Source of the DNA: Octopus vulgaris
Taxonomy: Eukaryota
Length of the DNA stretch: 64,000 nucleotides
Assembly (NCBI GenBank): GCA_951406725.2
Contig: OX597815.1
Location: forward strand, 35,092,001 to 35,156,000
Direction of reading: 5' to 3'
Shown here: piece by piece, positions 55,893 to 64,000 of the stretch
Position numbering within the stretch: position 1 is the first letter of the stretch
Layout of the letters: each line of letters opens with the position of its first letter
Position numbers and translations under genes: made by a program
Notes under the pieces: model-generated
Databases searched by the model: none
Told to the model about the DNA's origin: nothing
The model's input: the letters and a program-made list of their open reading frames with translations, nothing else

Positions 55893-55933
55893 TACCATTG
55901 ATAAGCAAAAAACTCGTCGAAACCGGTTTGGTA
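55893..55933 (+). ncRNA. Decayed hammerhead fold
   Basis: tacca-TTGATAA-g...c-GAAA-CCGG-T-T-tggta: perfect 5-bp helix I, palindromic ACCGGT, core differs at positions 3 and 8. Confidence 0.45.
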
Positions 55934-56045
55934 TTTGAGTAAAATCTATTACAAAATTTTAAAATGACTACATGTTTTGAGATTCAGGTGCATTTTCAAA
56001 CCCAAAACAAATTCTATGTTTTCCTGCGTAGGAGTAATTCTCGCC

Positions 56046-56109
<64 letters not shown>

Positions 56110-56398
56110 ATGTGTGTGTGTATGTGCGCGCGCGTGTGTGTGTTATCTTTTATTTTGTTATTGTTTCAGGCATTTGAATGCGGCCACGCTGTGACACTTC
56201 CTTGAAGAATTTTTAGTCAAACTTATCAACCCTAGGATTTACTTTTTATACCTGGTTCTTATTCTATCGGACCCTTCTGCCGAACCACTAAGTTACGAAG
56301 ATGTAAACACACCAACACCGGTTGTGAAGCAATGGTGAAGGACATATATATATATATATATATATACAATTTTGCTTCCCAAGCACATGGTTCCTGGT

Positions 56399-56448
<50 letters not shown>

Positions 56449-56464
56449 ATATATATATGTATAA

Positions 56465-56529
<65 letters not shown>

Positions 56530-57079
56530 CATATATATACATCAAAAATCTTGCAAAACAAATACATATACGTATATATATATGTACGGATTTGATTGAA
56601 ATACAAATGAAAATTGTCCAAGCCGAAACATATATTGATATATTAGAGATATAAAAATATAAAAACATGAATACTAAAAATATGGACATATAAATATATG
56701 GATATATAATCATCATAATAATGAAATATATATAAAAATCTTTCTTTTTTTAAATTAAAATATGGCTGAGAGAAAATAATGGGCATTAATAAGAGTTTTG
56801 GGTTACATGTTAGAAGAAAATTATAAGGGAAAGGAAAGTTTCATGATAACGGTAGAGTATCACCTCCCATTATAATTATTTTTGTCTTGCGGATTTGGAT
56901 GGCAAAAGAAGAAGCTCACAAGCGGATGCAATTCAATAATCGTGTATTGTGATTCCTGATCTTGTGTCCGTTCTAGGTGTCCATCTTCATGGCAGCACAT
57001 GACTTGTGGTATCCCCACTCAAGTGAGGTACATTGCCTCTGGAGAATAACATACGTGGTTAGCGTGGATTAGAGTCCGC

Positions 57080-57307
57080 TGTAGCTGCCTGCTTCGCAGT
57101 GTCCCTCAGCGTAAGCGAGCTGGAGAAGACTAAGAGGTTGAACGTCTTTCCTACCTGCATAAATAGCCGTTCTCGAGGAGAGCCGCCGCGTTGTGGTGTC
57201 GCGCATGGCAACGGTTGCACGCGAGATCTCGCTCTTGTCTCGGACAAGATAATGGATGCCAACGAGATCTCGTATAAAATGGCGCTGGCTACTTGTACCA
57301 CGTTACA
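57080..57307 (-). mobile_element. 3' LTR of second Gypsy element
   Basis: Minus strand: G-run PPT (57313-57322), then TGTAAC ... GCTACA; left boundary inferred from the terminal inverted repeat. Confidence 0.55.
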
Positions 57308-57559
57308 AGGAACCCCCCCCCCTGAGAACGCTAGTACAAAATTAAAATGACTAGAGCAGGCTCAAGAAAACAAGATGGCCACCGATCGCAAACAAGATAT
57401 GGTACAAAATATAATACAAAATGTGATAATTTGAGAAGAATAATTACAAGCAATATAAAAGGTACATGCACAAAATTTTTGACAGCGTTATTGGAAAGGT
57501 ATTGGAATTGTTCAGCACGCGAGAAAACAATTGTCTGTCACAGGAAAAAAAAAAAGGTT

Positions 57560-58482
57560 AGATGTAAATAGTTCTGGTAAGTTTGGGGGGCCAATGCACA
57601 GTGCGGCCTGTCCTGGTGTCATAGGGTTTATTCGTGCTAGGTAGTAGCGACGAAGGTGGAGGTGTAGGTGATGGTATGGTCAAAGGTGCATATGCAAGTG
57701 ATGGTGTGGTTACAGGTGCATGTGCAGGTGGTTGTAAAGGATCAAAAGTGGGCGTGGCTGGGTGTCATCGAAGGGTGTGGACACCTCAATATGTGCCCTT
57801 TTAAGTGTGTCGACCGACACGGTCTCTGCCCGACCATTGATGTCGAGACTAAAAGTTTTGGGCGTGCGTGATAGCACACGAAATGGTCCTTTATAAGGAG
57901 AAACGAGAGGTCCTTTGACAATCATCCCGAACAAAAACATGAGTTCATTTGTCAATGTCCGGTGGGACTTGAGAGGGATTAGACTGGTCACGCGGATGCA
58001 TAGGCGGAAGACTTGAGAAATACGAGCGAAGTCTGGTGACATACGACGTTGTATAAGGATACAGTGAATTGTCTGGCGCCAACATTGTACCAGGGAGTGC
58101 CAGGATGGTACTGTAAAGGAGTTCAGCAGAGGAGAAACCTAAGTCTGCTTTAACAGCAGTGCGACAACCAAGAAGAACGATAGGCAGTAATTCTGTTCAA
58201 GAGTGTGGATCAGGAGTGGCGCGTAGAGCAGCCTTCAGTTGCTTGTGAAAACGTTCGACCATCCCGTTGGAAGCTGGATGGTAACTGGTCGTACGAATTT
58301 GATGAACGCCTAGGATTCGTGACAATTCACGAAATAAGGAAGCTTCGAACTGGCATCCACGGTCAGTGGTTATTTTAGCAGGGACACTAAAACGAGCAAT
58401 CCAGTTAGAAACGAAAGCTCGAGCAACTGACTCAGCGGAAATGTCCACTATTGGAATAGCTTCAAGCCAACGAGAGAAACGT
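57560..58482 (-). pseudogene. Ty3/Gypsy integrase remnant with GPY/F module
   Basis: RFSRWLEAIPI..WIARFSVPAKITTDRGCQFEASLF..TTSYHPASNGMVERFHKQLK; SPYKGPFRVL; TRTGRTVHWP. Confidence 0.92.
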
Positions 58483-58489
58483 ATATATA

Positions 58490-58707
58490 CAAGTGTATGT
58501 ATATGTTTGTGTTGGACTCAGCCCTACCATCAATTGACAACCAATGTTGGCGTGTCTATGTCTCCGTAACTTAGCGGTTTGGCAAAAGCGACAGATAGAA
58601 TAAGTACTAGGCTTATAAAGAATAAGTCCTGGGGTCGAATTGTTCGACTAAAGGTGATGCTCCAGCATGGCCGCAGTTAAATGACTAAAAGAGTAAAAAG
58701 AATAAAA

Positions 58708-58710
<3 letters not shown>
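58490..58710 (+). mobile_element. SINE family B (3' part)
   Basis: cgtaacttagcggtttggcaaaag...gctccagcatggccgcag. Confidence 0.8.
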
Positions 58711-58769
<59 letters not shown>

Positions 58770-59994
58770 GGGTAGAGAGAGAGAAGAAAGAGAGAGAGGT
58801 GGGAGAGAGGGACATAGAGGGAATGTAGCAATACTAATTATGAATGTCAACTGTATGGTTGAATGCTAATATCCCATGAGAGTGTTCTGCATTCTAAATA
58901 CACATTCGGAAGGCTTTCTCGTATGTTATTTAGTGAGTTTAAAAAGCAACGACTGACAGAAAACATATATGCAATTAGCGGGCAGAAACTCCCTCCTGGG
59001 GACTTTACATATTTTCTTCATACTTAATCTCAGTTAATCGACCTTACATACATGAGATTCTACTCTATGCGTATTTAGTATGCGACCCTATTATTTAAAA
59101 TTTTCTGTCATTAGAGATAGTCATCGAGAGAAATGCTTTATAAAAAATATATTTGGGAATAATTCAGGCTACATCAGAAATTTAGCAATTGAATGTCAAC
59201 GTAATCCTAACATTCACCTATTCAAAATAAAAGTATAACATCGTTAAATATATCTGACATTAAGCCTCCTTACGATGGATTATATTTGGAAAAGAAGGAT
59301 TAACAGGAAAAATTGCAAAACGCAAAAATAGTGACAAGAAATTTTTGAATAAAAGCCAAAATAAGAAATAATGAAATAATTTCTTTAATTGAGATATTTG
59401 GCTGTATTTATAACTAGCAAGCGTAAACGTTTGCAGTTTGACGATAAACATTCTTGAAAACAACAAAGATGGGTTTCTTATAGTCTTACAGCTGAAATAA
59501 GAATCTTTGGTTAATGTTGAACAAAAAAAAGTAAACCTAATCCGTTTAGGCTTGTTATGACGTCATCGATGTTATGAAAAGAGGGAGATTGATCTATAGG
59601 GAATTAGAAGGGGGACAAAGGAAAGTCGGCTTACATACTGGAGGTGCTGGAGCGAAGATAACCGACTACAAAATATATTCGAACTAATCCGAATCCTTAC
59701 GTAGTGTAAGCCAGTGCTTCTTAAACTGGTGACTGGTTAACCCAGGGGAGGATGAATTTATTTTTGGGTGAATGAAAGTAGAGAGATGAAGAAATGTCAA
59801 TGACTTATTTACTTAGGCATATTTCTAATGCTTAAAAATGGCATTGCTGAAGTAGTATTGTATTTAATGCAGTGGAGCTGGAAATCTGAAATGAATTTTT
59901 CTCTACCCATGGTTTCCTACTTTCAAAGTCGTAGTGTATTTCCCTCATATAATCTTTAAGAAGAGACCAGACGAGATAGTGGGATCATAAATAC

Positions 59995-60059
<65 letters not shown>

Positions 60060-60062
<3 letters not shown>

Positions 60063-61060
60063 GGAAACACTGAACATACGCTGTAGGCAACTGATGAATT
60101 GTAACTTTACTTCATGCTACTAATGTAGTTAGTTCTAGATATTACTCTATTATCAACTCACATACAGTTAGGATTGGTTTTTCCAACACAAAAAGTCTCT
60201 TACAAATTATCTCTTCACATAATAACAACCTGTTAAATATTTATACATTTATTAATACTAACATTAATTTAGCTAATACCACCCATCCCGCTAGAAATAT
60301 TGATAACAAGGTTATTGTATCTGAAGTCAATTCCAACAGAATTAAGTTTATGTCAAGTAACTCTAAAATTAAAAATTCTATATACCAATGTAAAATAAGT
60401 ACCCATAATAAAGTACAATTTTACATTGGAAGCACGTCGTTACAGTTATCTAAAAGAATTTCTATCCATTACTCAACATTTAGGGATAGGAATAAACGTA
60501 ACAGTACAGGGCTCAGTAGATTAATTTGGGATCTAAAAGACCATAATGAACAATTTTATTTAGAATGGTTGATTCTCTCAATCTCGATACCTTATGACAA
60601 AGGCAAGGAATTCTGTCTTCTCTGTAATTATGAACTATTTTTCATTATTTTTTCTAAAAAATCCCCTAGTAAACACGGTTATAGAGCGTGCATACCGATG
60701 TAAACATTGGCAAAAACACACCTTTAGTTTATATAAGTAATCTCTATCATTATATATAATTTAGACATTAATTTTCTTTTTATATTTAACATTCACTAAA
60801 AAAGATTACATTGTTTTACACCATTTATTCCTTTGGAATAATTTCAGCGAAATCTTTGAAACATGTGTCGGATGTAAAAGTATTTGAATTATACATCCAT
60901 TTATCTATTTATAAATTATACAAAAAATTCCACGTAAACCCGAAGTTTCTACCTTTAAAAACAAGGAGTTAAAACCTCTTTACTTGTGTGATTTTTTGCT
61001 ACCCTGGTAACTATTTATCTATATTTTCCGTGTTAATTGTTAAGGGAAAAATACACTCAT
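60060..61060 (+). mobile_element. Penelope-like element remnant with GIY-YIG (60350-60740), between (TA)n tracts
   Basis: IYQCKIST..FYIGSTS..KRISIHYSTFRDRNKRNSTGLSRLIWDLKD..CLLCNYELFFI; 3' block ttttgctaccctggtaactatttat shared with 48790-48840. Confidence 0.85.
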
Positions 61061-61084
61061 CTATATATATATATATATAGACAG

Positions 61085-61672
61085 AACGTCTCTGCCAGCA
61101 GATTCCTCATCTATTCACCTTTCAGGTAGATCCAGAGGTGCCTCAGCACATGTCTGCACATCATCAGCCACGGCATCTCTAACCCACCCTTTAGCGGTTT
61201 TTGGCAGCAGTTTTGACAAGCGGTTTTCCTCCCCTCCACAAAAAGCAGGAAGAGAAGACGTTCCAACTTGTTTAGCCATGAATCAGAGCAAGGGACAGCG
61301 GTCAGACGGTAGGTGATAACAGATGCAATATGCACCTGCACTACCTCTGCCTTCATTTTCAGGGATAGCGACCTTCCAGACCAGGTCCGGGTTAGTCTGC
61401 TACCTTTAATTCTTCTCCGTTTGGAGATCCGGTCCAAACCAGACACCAAGCAACTTAACAGGACCTTCCATCCAGTTCCCCATGACACTAGACGGTGTCG
61501 CCTTGCCTACTGAGGTGCCGAGCTGCAAGCCGATGGACTTGTCCTTGCTAATTTTTGCCCCTGCCGCCGCCTCGTATCCTTTGATAGTATCCTCTACACA
61601 AGGTGGCTGAACTTCATCAGACACGGTGAAGGCGACGTCATTCGCGTATACAGAAAGAGACGCGGTGTCCAG
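61085..61672 (-). pseudogene. Tx1/L1-clade reverse transcriptase fragment
   Basis: SVYANDV (decayed YADD), YEAAAGAKISKDKS, VKLLGVWFG, WSGRSLSLKMKAEVV, PLKGGLEMP. Confidence 0.85.
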
Positions 61673-64000
61673 TACTGAGGAGTAGCAGGAATAGTCCGAA
61701 ACCAGGATTGGTCTACCGGTCCCATCGCTAGGAGGTTGTAGGGGTTCGCTCCCCTGCTTGCAATTTTATCAAATGCAACTGTGCATCGTTAACCAGCCAG
61801 AGGAGATGTCCTCTTGGGGTTTAAAAAATCGCAGTAGAGTCCGCTCGAACAGACAACTATATTAAAGTGGCTACGAATATTGCTTGTCTATAAAGATATA
61901 CAATAAGAAAACATTGTTCTTAAGTATCAAATTGCAAATTCTAAGAATGTTTACTAACGTTATGAAAACTGAAAACAAAAATTTTTCTGTTTTTAAGTTT
62001 CCATCACATTTTTAAGGTGTTGAAAAAATTAAGCAAAATATTCACGGATAAAGCCTACCATCCATGTAGATAGATCACAGCAGGATTTTAAACGCAAAAC
62101 GCAAAGAGCCAGAACAAACAACATCCTATCCGACATTCTTATAATCCTGCCAACCCACTGCTTTGGACTGGCAATTTTTATCGGCTCTGAAACGATTGAA
62201 AACAAATTTGATCTCGATGAAATTTGAACTCACAGCATAGCGATTCAGAACAAATACAGTGAAGCATTTTGCCCGACGTTCTAACGTCTCTGTTACCAAC
62301 AAAGCACCAGAGGAATGATAGTGCTACTCAAGCAACAAAACTCTATCGTACTAAAGTTAATTTGAACAGTTATATTATTCTGATATAAGAACCAAAACTA
62401 GACTGAATTACGTTTCTTAATTAACAGAACTACACAACTGTGTTATCACAATAGACGCATTCGAATTTCATCGGCAACAAAATTACAACTGCCTAATGTT
62501 AGGATCAGAGTTCTGCTTTTTATTCACTTTTGGAACCAATTTCTATCTAACAAGAGCATTTTTTTTAGTGTGTTTTGTGCGTATGTTGATTTCTTGATAT
62601 TTTTTTTTATTTTGTAAAGGAACAAGGGCTATTTTGTTCGGGGAATATAGTTGATTGAATATATCCTAATACCATGCAGGTACTTAATTTATCGATTCGA
62701 GAGAAATGAAAGGCAATATCGATCCCGGAAAGATGAAAGCAACGACAGAGCTTTCGATATGAATCAGAAAACTGAGAGCAAAAGGGAAAAAAAATTCTTC
62801 AAAGTCGACTACCCAGCTTTGACGCCCATCTCTATTGTAAGTGTTAAAAGTAATTATATGAAAGAGTTCTTACAGGTTGAGTAGTTTGTTTAATGAACGG
62901 GTACATTTGATGAATCGAATAGACAAACTTTACTAGGGGAACATGGATGCTTATCTTTCTATCTAATCTAATTGTCACAACTTTTTTTCTCTTTGTGTGT
63001 GTGTGCGTTTTTTTTTTTGTTTATTCTTGTTGTTTTATTGTTTGTATTTTTTTTTTTTTTTTTTTACACAGGACAAAAATGTTTCAGGTATTCTACCAAT
63101 AGATGTTTCTGAAACGGTTTCTCATATAACATCAGATCTAACGCTGCATAAAACAAACTATTCTTAGAAATTAGAAATGAAGTTACCATTAACTGATCTC
63201 GGGATTAAGAAAAATCTTTTACGAAGCAGGAGACCTTTTATATTAAAGAAATATTGCTGATTAAATTTCAGTTTCAGTGTACTACTTGTTCTACTTTTAT
63301 CGACGTCAAGGGAATGAAATGCAATGCCTTTCGTGAATTGAATTCAGAACCGACAAAGGCGAAATGAAGTACTTATAATACATTTTAGATTTCCCTTTTA
63401 CTAAAGATGGCAACTCGCCGCAGGTAGGTAAATATGACAATGTGTCAACAGTAATTCGAAATCCTTTTCTCCCAGCTATTAATACTAAACCAGTGAAAAC
63501 ACGAATCTGAGATTAAATTGCGTCTTAAATTAAGCTGTTATCGACATTATGAAATATTTTCCCGCTCCTAAATACAAATTAAATATTCAAACATATCTTG
63601 AAGCGTTTATTTCTACTTCATAGTAGAAATAAAACGCTATAGTTCAACGATAAATATAAAAAGGATTCAAGGAATTCTAAAAATATTTTATATTAAATAG
63701 AATATAACAACATTAAGACGTCATACTTGCAGATCTTATTTATATATTCCATTATTGTTTTTCTCCGTCATAAATGGCATCATATGATTACACAGATAAG
63801 GATTTCTCTTTTATTATTTAATATATTTCATCGCAAAAATCAGTAATTTGTAAAGTGTTCGTAGAATACTCTGCATCGCTAAAAGATTCCAATGACTCAC
63901 TTTCCCTGTTGACTTAGTTGCTTCGCTCGTCAAGAATCAAAATATTTTACACCAATATGAATTTGACAATCTAATCATTATTTTACGATATTCAAGTGCA

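Overview
AT-rich, repeat-saturated eukaryotic DNA, most likely octopus (coleoid cephalopod) intron or intergenic sequence. This is inferred from tRNA-derived SINE families resembling the octopus OK/OR types and very dense (TA)n/(CA)n/(TACA)n/(TAA)n microsatellites. I see no intact host gene; most ORF-track entries are microsatellite translations. Real protein homology is limited to decayed transposons: two mariner transposases, two Ty3/Gypsy pol remnants each with a PPT and 3' LTR, three Penelope-like (PLE) GIY-YIG remnants, a Tx1/L1 RT fragment, two RLE-LINE 3' ends and a possible Chapaev fragment. Non-autonomous Helitrons, MITEs and about 30 SINE copies are also present. The main unexplained signal is roughly ten type I hammerhead-ribozyme folds, mostly with palindromic helix III, in short PLE-like elements that usually sit in or beside (TA)n tracts. 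One family (1090-1139 + and 15646-15696 -) has the core GUGAACA, in which the C3-G8 tertiary pair is swapped to G3-C8. Two G.U-rich hairpins in non-repeat-looking sequence near 53.2-53.7 kb are candidate structured RNAs. All folds and translations were done by eye, and element boundaries are approximate.
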